Source: Octopus bimaculoides (taxonomy: Eukaryota). Taken from it: DNA of 51,958 nucleotides. The stretch's first letter is position 1. The number at the start of each line of letters is the position of its first letter. The stretch spans positions 25,181,164 through 25,233,121 of the forward strand of contig NC_068998.1 in assembly GCF_001194135.2 (NCBI RefSeq), written 5' to 3'. Under the pieces are notes generated by a model, which saw only the letters and a program-made list of their open reading frames with translations, was not told where the DNA came from and did not search any database. Below are positions 37,853 to 51,035 of this stretch, piece by piece. The translations under genes were made by a program, and so were the position numbers.

Positions 37853-38745
37853 AATTGCAACGTAGAAGGTGTTTGTAAGCCATTTAAAAAACATACATAC
37901 CTACATATATATGTATATGCATGTATATATATTTATATACGCGTATGCTTATATATGCGTGTCTGTGTATGTGAATCTGTGAGGTGTGTGCGTGTTATTA
38001 ACATTATAGCAAATACACTGAAATGTAATTTCGTTATCCGACAATAGTATTTGCTTATAATATCTCCGCAAATATTTTCGGTGAATATTGTGACTTACTT
38101 AATCTTGCCGAGTATTATTAAATTGCTGAAAAATTGCAATCTATGTCTATAAAATTGAATTACTTTCTGGAACTGGTAGTAATCTTTCATCACAACAATA
38201 CAGTATTAGAGATATAATATCAAATACTAGTTAAAAAGATGACTAATAGGGAATTCCCGATTCCTAAAAAAATCGGAAATTGAAAAAGAATATTGAATTT
38301 AGATATAAAATAAAGAAATAAAATTCAGTTTTAAAACGAACAGTCATTCATAATTATGTTAGTGAAACACATGAAAATTCCATGAGATTAATGTTGTAGA
38401 ATTAAAGGCGACTGCCTTTCCAAACTTATATAGAATTTTGTCAATGTTTTTAGTAACAGCTGTATGCAACTCATAAGGCTTTTTTTAGGTTTAGATTTAC
38501 AGTTGTAAATAAAATATAGGAATCGAGATCCAAGGTCACCAAGAATTTGTATATGAACTCAAATATCTTCATACCTGATTCATTTCACTAATATTATTTC
38601 GAAATGTTTGATATCAAAATATGAAATATACCACTCTTGAATAATTTTGATAGCAATCCTTTACATCGAATAAGTGAAAACGATTTCGTAATAGCAAGTG
38701 AACATTTCTTTCAAATTTTGGCATTCGGCCAGCAATTTTTAGGAG

Positions 38746-38850
38746 AAGGGCTAAGTCGATTACATCGAGTCCTGTGCATGACTGGTGCATATTTTATCAC
38801 CGAAAGGATAAAATGCAAATTAGAATTCGCCTGAATTTGAACTCAGAATA
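38746..38850 (-). mobile_element. SINE family A fragment, diverged
   Basis: TAAGTCGATTACATCGA...ACTGGT..ATTTTATC.CCGAAAGGAT.AAA.GCAAA...GAATTTGAACTCAGAA is the reverse complement of the family A body. Confidence 0.8.
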
Positions 38851-39799
38851 TTAGGTGTAAAGAAATGCCCATCGTACGAACGGACCTGCAAACTCATCGT
38901 TTAATTTAGCTCGTAGTGTTAAATCATTCCTACCGTATAGATTATATGCTCCCTCATTCTATAAAGGTGATCTATATTCTACACATGAAACTTCTCCGTG
39001 TTAGATTATTTCATTTGTAGAAGTGAATTTTTATAGAATTTTATAGAATTTAAAATCATGGCAATGGAATCAAAGTAAATATCGTAGTTTCGTGCGTAAT
39101 TTAGAGGAGTTACCAATGAAGAGCATACCCACATCTCTAGCTACTTTGCTTCAAAGGGAAATATCGTCGAGTGTTCATTTATTCGTTGAAGTGTTTTGCT
39201 TTGTTTTTAATTCTCCGTTTCCTGTGTAAGCAATACAACTATTGCTAATTCTAGTAAGGCAGTATTACACAATAACAACATTACTATAGCTTAAATATGC
39301 ATTCTAGTATGTTCTTTATAATATAAATTTAGTCAAAAAAGCAATTTGCACATTGTAAAATTACTTTTGTTGGGCTAGTTATATTATCATTTTACTCCAG
39401 TACAAAACTGCTTACATTACAGATACTACAAAGTATATCATTTCTGTTTCCCGCTAGAGTTTAGCGTCCTATTGCGTCTTTGATACACTAAATCAATTCT
39501 CAGTGTCTTCCGTTTCTGTTTGTCATCTAATAAATTGATATGTAAGCACAGCAATTGATCGGGTGAATCCATTGGACCAGGTTATGTTCAATACAATCTT
39601 GGTGGGTCTTTTTGATAAAACTCGGACAGCGACAAAGGAGATATAAAGTAAATATTGCAAGGAATAAATGGAATTTAAGCAGGTGATATAGAAAGCGGAG
39701 AAAAGCAAAACCAAAGGAGATAAATTGCGGGTCTGTGTTCTTTTGTGCTGCTTCACACATGTACTCATGCATATATGGATGTGAGTATTTATTTAAAAC

Positions 39800-40046
39800 T
39801 CCACGACGCTCTGGCAATGGGTGGTGGCAAACCCTGCTGTGTTCTTTCACCATAACTTTCTGTTGTACTTGTATTTCAAAGGGCCAGCCTTGTTACACTC
39901 TGTGTCATGCTGAATCTCCCCGAGAACTACGTTAAGGGTACGCGTGTCTGTGGAGTGCTCAGCCACTTGCACGTTAATTTCACGAGCAGGCCTTCCTGTT
40001 GATCGGATCCACTGGAACCGTAGTCGTCGTAACCGACGGAGTACCA
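39800..40046 (+). mobile_element. SINE family B, 3' half
   Basis: GTATTTCAAAGGGCCAGCC...GAGAACTACGTTAAGGGTAC.CGTGTCTGTGGAGTGCTCAGCCACTTGCACGTTAATTTCACGAGCAGG...GTCGTAACCGACGGAGT.CCA, recalled as a very abundant octopus SINE. There is no second copy here. Confidence 0.65.
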
Positions 40047-40187
40047 GGACCATATATAGGAAAAGTTGAAAAAGGAGACATACGCTCAAGACGTTAGCGA
40101 AACATATATATGTTCATATCTTATACATATATTTCGATGGATACTTGAAAAATACGTCTGACAGGAAGAATTATAGTCAGTTTTTTT

Positions 40188-40927
40188 NNNNNNNNNNNNN
40201 NNNNNNNNNNNNNNNNNNNNNNNNNNNNNNNNNNNNNNNNNNNNNNNNNNNNNNNNNNNNNNNNNNNNNNNNNNNNNNNNNNNNNNNNNNNNNNNNNNNN
40301 NNNNNNNNNNNNNNNNNNNNNNNNNNNNNNNNNNNNNNNNNNNNNNNNNNNNNNNNNNNNNNNNNNNNNNNNNNNNNNNNNNNNNNNNNNNNNNNNNNNN
40401 NNNNNNNNNNNNNNNNNNNNNNNNNNNNNNNNNNNNNNNNNNNNNNNNNNNNNNNNNNNNNNNNNNNNNNNNNNNNNNNNNNNNNNNNNNNNNNNNNNNN
40501 NNNNNNNNNNNNNNNNNNNNNNNNNNNNNNNNNNNNNNNNNNNNNNNNNNNNNNNNNNNNNNNNNNNNNNNNNNNNNNNNNNNNNNNNNNNNNNNNNNNN
40601 NNNNNNNNNNNNNNNNNNNNNNNNNNNNNNNNNNNNNNNNNNNNNNNNNNNNNNNNNNNNNNNNNNNNNNNNNNNNNNNNNNNNNNNNNNNNNNNNNNNN
40701 NNNNNNNNNNNNNNNNNNNNNNNNNNNNNNNNNNNNNNNNNNNNNNNNNNNNNNNNNNNNNNNNNNNNNNNNNNNNNNNNNNNNNNNNNNNNNNNNNNNN
40801 NNNNNNNNNNNNNNNNNNNNNNNNNNNNNNNNNNNNNNNNNNNNNNNNNNNNNNNNNNNNNNNNNNNNNNNNNNNNNNNNNNNNNNNNNNNNNNNNNNNN
40901 NNNNNNNNNNNNNNNNNNNNNNNNNNN
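40188..40927. other. Assembly gap (largest of ten N-runs; others start at 15547, 24533, 26662, 27749, 32813, 33937, 34723, 43716, 45269)
   Basis: N-runs, almost all bordered by (TA)n or (CA)n tracts. Confidence 0.99.
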
Positions 40928-41156
40928 TATATATATATATATGTATATGTACGAACCAGACTAGCTTCTATAAGTTGTTTGTTATAACGCTAGCTGAGCA
41001 AAAAGCAACTAATCAAGAAGATAGTTAAAGGACAGTGTGGTGTGTTACGTGCTATTATTAACAATGGAATTTACAAATTGGAGAATTACCGCTTTCATTC
41101 TGTTAAAACTTATGTTTAGGATGAGGTATTTTTTCTGATATACAATCTGTTTTTAG

Positions 41157-41193
41157 GAATGGTCTCAGTCGTGTCTGGAGCATTTGTTATCAG
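41157..41193 (+). other. Candidate 37-nt exon (all three frames open)
   Basis: Acceptor ATCTGTTTTTAG and donor CAG|GTAAAA. Confidence 0.2.
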
Positions 41194-43007
41194 GTAAAAG
41201 CATCCAACCTACAACCACCGAGACTCTGAATTTTATGAGTATAATGAGATTTAGAACCGTTGCTGTATATAAAACTTCTTATTTGACTTATCTTTTTGAA
41301 TATGTTTAAAGTTTTTTGATTGTCTTGATTGTCAAACAAAGGTTATTGTCGTAACAATACAGTAGCAGATGCAACATGTTGAGCTTGTATGCATTAACGC
41401 GATCAACCCAAGTTGAAGCTATGTGTTCAGGACTTTGTCAAGTTTTAACGGGAGCAAGTGAGAAATATGTTTCTGATTGTCATAACTGGAAGCCAGGTTA
41501 TGGATAGATTTGATATCTTGAAAAAGCAGGTACATACGAACAGAATTTCATCGAGCTTCGTAAGTAAAGATCAAAATAAATTAAATAAAACATATTTGTG
41601 ACGAACAATGTTTTATACACTTATGTATAAGAATGAAGAGAGCTGTGTCTACCCAAATTTGATTAATTACTAATTAGCCATATGTAGGGGTTTGATATAG
41701 TGGTTTCATGTTCCAGGTTTGTAATGAGCATTTGCGAAATTTCTTTTTACCTAACATTCATACTTCGTTTCAAACATACGTCCAGTGTTGAGGAGTTTTG
41801 AGAAGACCTTGCTTCATTGTCATCTTTGGTATTAGTTTTGCTTTCAAAACTTTTTTTCATTCAAAATCTGTTGGAAATATTCTCATTATTGAGATGTCGG
41901 CTTATTGTGTTCAATTATTTTTTTCCGATTTGCTTAGCAGTGGCAGCAAACTTGAAGCATTGATTTTTGTTATTGTCATCTTTCAAACATGACACACATT
42001 TTTGGCATATATGAAATATTTTCGAGTTAGTATTACTATATGAATATTACCTTCAGTTTTTCAAGTACTCTATTGGATATAATATATTTCATTGTGATCC
42101 TCTTACAATAACTTCATTTAAGAATATGCTTAAACAGCTTTCCATATGCATGTTAAAAGCAGTGTCGATCGTTGTTAGATTTAAATGGCCATATGAAACA
42201 CGGTATACTCCGGAACGTCGTTGTAGATATGCAAGGGAGTATATGGTTCTATGTTTGAACCTCCTGATGCATAATGCATTGCTTTACATTTCTACTTCTC
42301 TTATTTACAAGTTTTTAAGTTTTATTCTAAGTTTTCTGTTTTCTAAATGCATGAGATAAGTTACCTGTTAAATTTAAGGGTAACATCAAAGTAATAACTT
42401 CACTTTAATGAATTTTATTCGGAATTCTGTTGCGAGCACTTCCATTTGAGACTTAACTTTTCTCTTTTAATTTATCTTCCTAATTCACCTTTATCGAAGT
42501 GAATTTTTTTATGCTCAACATCGACCTGCTTTGAAAATGAATCTGCCTTTGCCCCCCCCCTCTCTCCTTCTCCCTCTCTCTCCTTCTCCCTCTCTCTGCA
42601 AGTAATCGAATTTGCATAAAGTTTTATGTGACGCTCAATTCGCCTTCTCCCTTATCGGATTTATGGAGCATTTCAAATTACCCCTACACTCTACACTTTA
42701 GTTCTCACTCCAATTATCTCTCTTGCTTACTTTTTCGGTTTGATGGCAATTATATTATCTTAGACTTTATTTGCTTCTTCCTTATAACGATACTTTCTTG
42801 ATATAAAAACATTATTTACGATACAAGCACTACACAATATAAAATGTGCCTCCCAACTCCATTTTTACTCCTCCCTGTTATAGATATTTTCAGTACTTCA
42901 CCCTCTACTTATTTGTGTCTCATTTTCCTTTCTTATGTATGCGTTTGTTTTCCTATCTCCTCTCCATGCGTTTATTGTTCATTATCTATTTCTTTCGTGT
43001 GAAAAAC

Positions 43008-43120
43008 ATCACGGTTTTTATTGTTATATATATATATATACGCATGAGTGTGTATTATGCGTACATCACGGTTGTATTTATTGTTATATATATATGCGCG
43101 TGAGTGTGTATTTTGCGTAC
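43008..43120. repeat. ~55-bp tandem duplication
   Basis: CATCACGGTT..TTATTGTTATATATATAT..GC.TGAGTGTGTATT.TGCGTA occurs twice. Confidence 0.8.
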
Positions 43121-43224
43121 GTATATATGTGCATGTGCGACTCTGAGCGTCAAGCATTGTGAATGCAACCATTTGTTTACTGCAAGAGGCAAAGTCAAAG
43201 TACATTTTCTTAGATGATTGGTAG

Positions 43225-43337
43225 GATTATGCTACATATTTTCCGGGAAGCTTTCTCCCTTGCATTGCTCAACATATCGGAAACAAGATGTTTGTGATTT
43301 CTAAAAACATCTTTTCCACAGTTACTCATCCACAGTG
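43225..43337 (+). CDS. Candidate exon or pseudo-exon: DYATYFPGSFLPCIAQHIGNKMFVISKNIFSTVTHPQ(W)
   Basis: Open frame ending at a GTGAGT donor. The better acceptor (TTTTCTTAG, 43213) would include an in-frame TAG at 43222. An alternative 16-nt microexon 43322-43337 has acceptor CTTTTCCACAG. Confidence 0.2.
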
Positions 43338-44090
43338 GTGAGTTGTTTACCAAGTATTTGGTACAATATCTACAGATAAAATCCTTTTTCTATACAATTG
43401 ATGTGAGTATAATCTGCTTATTCACTACGTAAGAGCGAATATGAAATACATCAGTATAAATACTACAAGGTATATCTCGTACAAATATGTTGTTTGAATT
43501 TTCAATTCCTATGCCAAGGTTATATTTAAGTACATGAACGTAGGTAACGATGTATCGCTAATATGTTCGTACTGCAATCAAAAACTACTGCGTTCAATGC
43601 TCCTCTGCGGTCTTAATGCTTTTCTTCAGTCATGATATATACGATAATAGCATTTATTTATATGTTGTAGTTGTAATTTGGTCGTCGGAGGCTGTTCAAA
43701 ACCCAATATATATATNNNNNNNNNNNNNNNNNNNNNNNNNNNNNNNNNNNNNNNNNNNNNNNNNNNNNNNNNNNNNNNNNNNNNNNNNNNNNNNNNNNNN
43801 NNNNNNNNNNNNNNNNNNNNNNNNNNNNNNNNNNNNNNNNNNNNNNNNNNNNNNNNNNNNNNNNNNNNNNNNNNNNNNNNNNNNNNNNNNNNNNNNNNNN
43901 NNNNNNNNNNNNNNNNNNNNNNNNNNNNNNNNNNNNNNNNNNNNNNNNNNNNNNNNNNNNNNNNNNNNNNNNNNNNNNNNNNNNNNNNNNNNNNNNNNNN
44001 NNNNNNNNNNNNNNNNNNNNNNNNNNNNNNNNNNNNNNNNNNNNNNNNNNNNNNNNNNNNNNNNNNNNNNNNNNNNNNNNNNNNNNNNNN

Positions 44091-44123
<33 letters not shown>

Positions 44124-44477
44124 TGCCTGTATGACTGTATATGCATGTGTGTATGTTTATGTAGGTGTAGACAGACAGAAAGCACGCATAAAGATACATA
44201 CATACATACATATATACACACATACACATACATATATATACATACATACGTACGTACATACATACATACATGCATACTAGAAGAGGGATGATAGTAACTT
44301 CGAAGCCTTGGCTAACAAGTTTACATCGAATAAAGTCGCTTTCTCTCCGATCTTGTAAACATTTAATACACTTGTATGTTTCCTCAAATTCCAGTAATGC
44401 TACAGTTTAATGTTCATTTGCTTTTATTAATAAATAACAAAATAAATAAAGATATATATATATATATATATATATAT

Positions 44478-44819
44478 AATTCATTAATAAGGGTAAAACT
44501 TGATATTAATCAATTAAAACCAGTGGTCTAGCATATTAAAAAATCCGAAGATTAAAATTATGACCAGCAAAAGTGGACTCCTATATGCTAGAAATAGATG
44601 GCGAATAATCTAACCACGAAAAAAATATGTTCTCAGTAAAAATTTAGTGACATCGTGGTTAGATGATTCGGCATCTATTTCTAGCATATTGGAGTCCACT
44701 TTTGCTGGTCATTCCTCTTATTTTTGTATGTAATATTATTTTAATCTTCGGATGTTTTTAATATGCTAGACCACTGGTTTTAATTGATTAATATCAATTT
44801 TTACCCTTATTAATGAATT
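44478..44819. mobile_element. Fold-back element (MITE-like) at the end of a (TA)n tract
   Basis: 44478-44619 is reverse-complementary to 44653-44819 (right arm has ~25 extra nt), with a 33-nt spacer. Confidence 0.88.
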
Positions 44820-45143
44820 TTAAATAATGATGTTCTCAAACCGGTAAATTAGCTCCAAAAATGTATTAACTGCAGAGTTATTTCCGGACCTAGTGCGCCA
44901 GATTGAAAACATTTGAAATGATACACTGAATGTAATTTGTAGAACTCTACACGTGCTCCCTTTCGGGTGGACGTCTTGTGTCTAGTTCGGGAAATTATAT
45001 TTTATAAATGGACAGACTACGCTGATGATCCTGCCGATATTTACTTATGTAAATTTTAACAGGTGAAACCATGGTACGTAGGTTAATCGTTTTTTTAAAA
45101 AATTAGTATCTATTCATTTGTGTTGCCCTTTTACTGTCTGTTG

Positions 45144-45250
45144 TGTCGCTAAATTTTTACTGAGAACATATTTTTCTCGTGGTTAGTTGATTCGGCATCT
45201 ATTTCTAGCATATAGGAGTCCACTTTTGCTGGTCAGTCCTCTTATTTTTG
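45144..45250. mobile_element. Partial second copy of the 44478 fold-back element (spacer plus part of one arm)
   Basis: TGTCGCTAAATTTTTACTGAGAACATATTTTT is the reverse complement of the spacer. It is followed by the arm sequence TCGTGGTTAG...GGAGTCCACTTTTGCTGGTCA. Confidence 0.85.
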
Positions 45251-45278
45251 TATATATATATATATATANNNNNNNNNN

Positions 45279-45358
<80 letters not shown>

Positions 45359-45360
<2 letters not shown>

Positions 45361-46654
45361 CGATGGGTGCACAAAAATAAACGGAAATGTTTCCTGTGGA
45401 ATAAGCCCCTTATAGTTCAGGCTTCCGCCGCTAGAGGTCACTTGATGAGATGAGTCTGCCGACCGGCGTTCTCCTGTGATGTCGTACTGTCAGGTAGTGT
45501 GTCATTGTTTTAGAGTACTTCTCTGTTCGTCGATTTTTGCGATGGCTTAAACGAACGAACAGCGTGTCTCCGTCAAATTCTGTTTTCTGCTGGGAAAAAT
45601 GGCAGCCGAAACAGTTGTCATACTTCAAACAGTTTACAACGGAGCTTCCATGCACAAAAAAAAGCTTACAATGGTTTTCACGCTTTCGGAATGGACACTT
45701 GTTGCTTGAAAACCAATCTCGTTTAGGGCGACCGTCATCTTACCTAATGAATGAAAACCTCACCAAAATTCATGAACTGATCTTGGGGGAGCGTCGCCGA
45801 ACAATTGAAAACTTGTTGAGACGATTGGTGTGTCTTGAAGCTCCTGACAACGAACTTTGAGCGATGAATTGCGTATGAAAAGTGTTGCAGCAAAATTTGT
45901 GTGTCCTTTACTCACGGAAGATCAAAGAGAGTCACTGCTAAATGCGTGTCGTGAACTGAAAGAACATTTGGAACTTGATCAGGACCATTGTTCGAAAGTC
46001 ATCATTGGTGACGAAATCTCTGCTGCGACTACAATCCAGAAACGAAGTAACAATCAAGTGAATTGAATTATTCGATGTCGCCACGCCTCGAAAAAGCACG
46101 TAAAGTGAAGTCCAATTTCAAGACAATTTGTTCCATCGATGAGAATGGGATTGTCCACACAAAATTTGTTCCTCCGGGTTAAACTGTTAATCAGACATTT
46201 TATTTGGCAGATCTGAAGAGTTTTCGAGACGCGGTGAGACAGAAACACCCGACCTGTAGCAAAGTGGAAAGTGGTGGTTTCATCATGACAATGCCCCCAG
46301 CGCACACCGCCTTGAGTGTGAGACAGTTTTTGACCAAAGGTGGCATGACCCCACTTACTCCCCTCACTGTTCACCCGATATTGCTCCCTGCCCTGCGACT
46401 TCTTTTTGTTACCCTGAATGAAAAACGTCCTTTAAGGGAAACGTGTTGCAGATGTGGAAGTGGAGAAGAATAAAAACGACGGAGGCATTAAAAAGCATCA
46501 CTCCTCAAGAGTTCCAGAACTGCTTCAAACATTGGAAAACGTGTGGACCGATACATTCTTCAAATGGAGAATACTTTCAAGGCGATGTAAAACATGTAAA
46601 ACAAAGTGAATAACATATTGCAAAATTTCGCTTTATTTGGGATACCACCTTCAC
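45359..46654 (+). mobile_element. mariner (DD34D) transposon, approximately full length, decayed
   Basis: Ends TACGATGGGTGCACAAAAATAAACGGAAAT and ATTTCGCTTTATTTGGGATACCACCTTCA are inverted-similar. A frameshifted transposase lies between them. Confidence 0.92.
45542..46587 (+). pseudogene. mariner transposase pseudogene
   Basis: WFSRFRNGHLLLENQSRLGRPS; SDELRMKSVAAKFV; KVIIGDE; GIVHTKFVPPG; HHDNAPAHTALSVRQFLTK; APCDFF; NGEYFQGD; multiple frameshifts and stops. Confidence 0.92.
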
Positions 46655-49600
46655 TGTGTGTGTGTGTTTGTATGTGCGTTTGTGTTTGCGTTTGTGTGTG
46701 TCTGTGTGTGATTGTGTGAATATGTGTGCATGTATGCATGTGTAAGTATATTCAGGTATATATATGTTCTGCATGTATCTATATATGTATATATATATAT
46801 ATGCATATATACATGTATGTGTATCAAGGCATGTATATGCATGCATTCGTATACTTGTGAACGCATTGTTCACTGTTACTTCTGTTCGGATATTTTAAAC
46901 AATAACAAAATGTCGATATTCTTTATCTGGAGCGAAATTCATCTCATAAAGTTACAGACTCCAGCTTATAACTGTCGTTGTGAGAAAGGCATTGAATGAA
47001 AGTGATTAGTATTGGAGAAAATGCATGATATAGACGGGCAAAATATATCAAAACCGTCCAACTAGCGTAATAGCTCTTGTTGCGACAATAGCCTATAATT
47101 TAATTGCCATATAATTGCTTATCGTTTAAATTGACAGCCGTTTACAAAGAGGAAAATACATACCAATACAGTCATGTGTAAGACAATTGTTTAGCTGTTT
47201 ATGTTGTTTAGCCGCGAGCCAGTCGTCATTAAGAAAAAGCTATGGCAAGGCATTTCAGCAGTGACTACACTGTCTTTTCCTACGTATGTGTGTACCTTTT
47301 TTCAGTTGACATATTTCTATTTAGGAGAGCCAAGCGAACGCTCGGAAACTCCGACTTGGCTCCGAAATACTTTAGTATCTCTACTAGATAAACATGCCAT
47401 GAAATAGTATTTGTAAAAGAGAATATTAAAAATGGAATATATTCAATCGTATAACATTGTGGCACATTAAAAGGTAATCGAGATATTAACTTTTAGGAAA
47501 AAGTTGCAATTCCAAACGCATTTGGAATTGTATAGTATACTAAGATATACGCATTACTTGCAATAAAAGAATAGTTCCCATTTGTATGATTATGAAATCG
47601 GAAAAATTTCAGGAAACCTTGGGAGAGAAGGCAGTAAAGTTCATAATGGAAGCACAAAGCATATTTGGACATTTAATAGGAGGTTTATAACTTGTCTTTA
47701 AACTCATGCTTTACTACTTGAAATTACAGACACCTTGTAGAGGAATGTTTAGAATTAAATGTATCAATACTAAGTAGAGTAGTGTTTATCTATGTAGCAG
47801 TTAATCGAAATAGAGGTATTCATAAAAGGAAAATAGATTTGCCTCATAGCGCTTCTCTATCGATTTTATCAAAATCAATATTAATATACAAATTTAGCTA
47901 AATCGATAAAAGGCAGGTACATGTTCACGGGAAAATAAGACTAACGCTCACATGGTTTTAAGTATTGATATATTTTACATTCTGTCAATACCTTTATCGG
48001 AGTTGGTAGAGAGATGCTTCTATACATTGACAAATTAAGTAAAACTAATTTAAATGATGACGAGTCATAATGAAATATTACAACACACAAAATATCCTAG
48101 ACAGCTTCTTCATCTACATTGTAATGATAGTTTAATGGTAAATTGTAGACTTCATATCGTATATGGTACTGTTTGGATATTTGGTTCTGTAAAGATTCTC
48201 GTCCCAATTATAGATCAAACGTGATATTTTCACTCCACGAAAGGTAATATGTAAATATTTGCATGGGAACAGACTGACAATGAAATCAGTAACTTTGACG
48301 ATACATGGATAATTTCACACATCTACGATCCAAACTTCAGAAATCTAGTGTCTGATATAGCTAAAATTCAGAATTCACCACCGTTCTCCAATATGCATAC
48401 AACACACCCAGCACAGACACCAAACCTGAAGCTATCTTAATTTGTTTTGACCACGTACATCCTACTAGTCGCATGTCATAGTATTAGAGCCAGAATGATA
48501 ATAAAGAGCCAATAAATAGATACGTATTTTGGCCGAATACATAGAAACAATGTTTTTTTCATGATGATCGGTGTGGTTTAACGAAGAATTAACAAGTATC
48601 TTTAGCTCTATACAAGAGATTTGGGACTGTTTTTACTCGTATATTTAACCCATGCCTTTTTTCTATCGGCGGGATTTAAAATAATGTGAATCTGCAAAGA
48701 CAATCTACAGGCAATTTCATTTATTGCTCTTGTAATAAACAATTTCACCAACATGCCCAAAATGATTAATTGCAACGTTTACATCTCTACCAATTAAAGA
48801 TGTTCATTTGCAGCGTGCAACAGTATGCAAACCTTGCAAAAGTCTACAAGCAAATACTCGTGAAAATTGATTAAATGCAGCCTGTAGATGCAGATTTCAT
48901 ATTTTACCCTACTCATTATATTGATCCATGAGATGTCTCATCTTTGTCTAGGATTTCAAATTGTTCTTGTTACTGAACCTCTTTACTATTTCAATAGAAT
49001 GATGAGTCATGAAACCAGAAACAGTAAAAAATAGTCACATTTCTACTATTCATTCTCTTAGCTGATGTAAAGGAAGTAATAACCATGAAAGCAGATATGC
49101 AGAATATGATAAGCATCACCGTGATTTTGTACGTATACACAGTCAATCTCTCGATTGGGATATCAGCCATGCATCAATACAAGATAAGTTTTCAAATCTA
49201 ACATTAGCAGACATGTTGCAGAACATAACGAATCGTTTGCATTTATTGCACTATATTGGCTAAATAATAATGGACTAAATAAACTTTAGAAAAATCATGT
49301 AACAAATAACGAAAGGGTTAGGAACTTTGTGTCAAATATTTGTAGAAAAGAGATCCAACAAAACTGGCGTTTTTCTATTTCATATGTTGTTTCAAAATGA
49401 GGACTCGATTAAGAAGTTTGAATCTTGTTATTTAAATGTACTTCGTAATCGGCACACGTGAATAATTTGCAACCTTATTTCACGTTCAAGCAATCTGTGA
49501 GGTTGTGTTGACAACTACATACATAATTTTCCTTATTGATTCCATTAAACTCCTTATCAGGAAATTGTTTCATCTCCATTAACTAGGAAATGAATACTAC

Positions 49601-50584
49601 ATAAATTTTAATTTTGCCTGTACTTGATACTGAAACTATATGACGCGTATTTCAAAATAACTTCCCTAATGAAAGAAAAAAAATCTCCTAAGAGACATTA
49701 ATCATTGCAGGACATTTTTTAATTCCAAAATGTAGCGATGCCGTTGTAGTGAGAGCAAAATCCAACGTAAACTGTCACATGATGCTAAATGTCTTTCCGC
49801 ATGTTACATAATTCAACAAAAACTTTGTTGGCAGGAAAATGGTAATGGCAGGGCATGATGATGTACCTGTTTTCTATTAATCTGGACTGTGCTTTTTTCA
49901 ACTTAGAATCATACTGATAAAAATTATGCCTTGCTCAATAATTCATAAGTCAAGTTTTTTTTTTGTTTTTTGTTCGCGCATAAACTATTTAGAGCACATA
50001 CGTTTTACATTGAAATAACAAGCATAAAAAGGTTGGATCTTCAGTTTTTGCTGCAATATACAATAATTCCACAACAGCGCAAAGACGATTGTGATGTTCT
50101 ACTACTGCTGCAGTTTTTAATATGGCTTTACTCTACTACTTGTTGCTTACCAAATTTTGATTGAACCATTTCCTCAAGTCTAACCAAGTCTTAGCTAGAA
50201 GTGATTGGCAAAATTCTTAAATAATCGAAATATTGAAGTCCCTGTCTCAAAAGAATTGATTTCTTAAATAATGGCGAGCATATACACCCTGATTCTAGGG
50301 TCATTTTCATTGCAGGTAACTTTCAAAAAGAAATGTGCATATTAAACTGGTTTCTTTGCTTTGTTTGTCTGAGTACCAACACTGTAACCTGCCATTGTTC
50401 TGTTCCCTTTAATAAGACTTGAGATCAATGGTCTACTATCGTAAAGTATAGAACGCCTTTAAGTTTGGTTAATGTATCGATATTGTTGATGCTTGTAATT
50501 TAGTTATGTGTTTTAGTCACAATGTATTGTTTATGTAGTCTACGGTAAAACTATTCCAGTCACCGTCTTCGCCTTCAATCAGGA

Positions 50585-50760
50585 AGCGATGAAAAGCAAA
50601 GGGCGATCTGAGCGAGGTTTGAACTCAGAATGCAAAGAGCTGGCAGAATAACCATAAGGCGTTTATTCCGTGTCTTTAACGATTCTGCCAACTCGTCTTA
50701 TTTTAGCGACCTTGAAGGAATGAATAGCAAAGTCGAGCTTGGCTACACTCGAACTCAGCT
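50585..50760 (-). mobile_element. Two diverged SINE family A-like fragments
   Basis: GCAAAG..GA.CT..GCG.GGTTTGAACTCAGAA...ATTCTGCCAACTCG, and CGACCTTGAAGGAATGAA..GCAAAGTCGA.CTTGGC...GAACTCAG, both matching the family A reverse complement. Confidence 0.65.
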
Positions 50761-50904
50761 GAGATCCCCCTTTACAAATTTAATAAAAGGTTGTAAAAAG
50801 ACAGAAAATCATGTATGTTCCTTAATTTACTTACGTACCTATATGTCTGTGGGTATGTATATTTGTAAGCATATGTTTACAAATATTGCTAGATACATAC
50901 ATTT

Positions 50905-50943
50905 GTGTGTGCGCACGCGCGCGCACACACATACACACGCACA

Positions 50944-51030
<87 letters not shown>
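50905..51030. repeat. (TG)/(CG)/(CA)n-(TA)n compound microsatellite
   Basis: Directly visible. Confidence 0.95.

Positions 51031-51035
<5 letters not shown>

Noticed and set aside
44943-45048. YADD-containing frame (KWTDYADDPAD) suggesting an RT
   Set aside because: No other RT motifs flank it; an isolated 4-aa match.
47138-47407. Three exon-like pieces separated by GT-AG intervals of 34 and 41 nt
   Set aside because: The intervals are implausibly short as spliceosomal introns here, and the joined peptide is unrecognisable.
48255-49430. Several 50-65-codon stop-free frames (48255, 49066, ~49310) with protein-like appearance
   Set aside because: No start or splice support and no motif. Open frames of this length are expected by chance many times in ~40 kb of AT-rich DNA over six frames.
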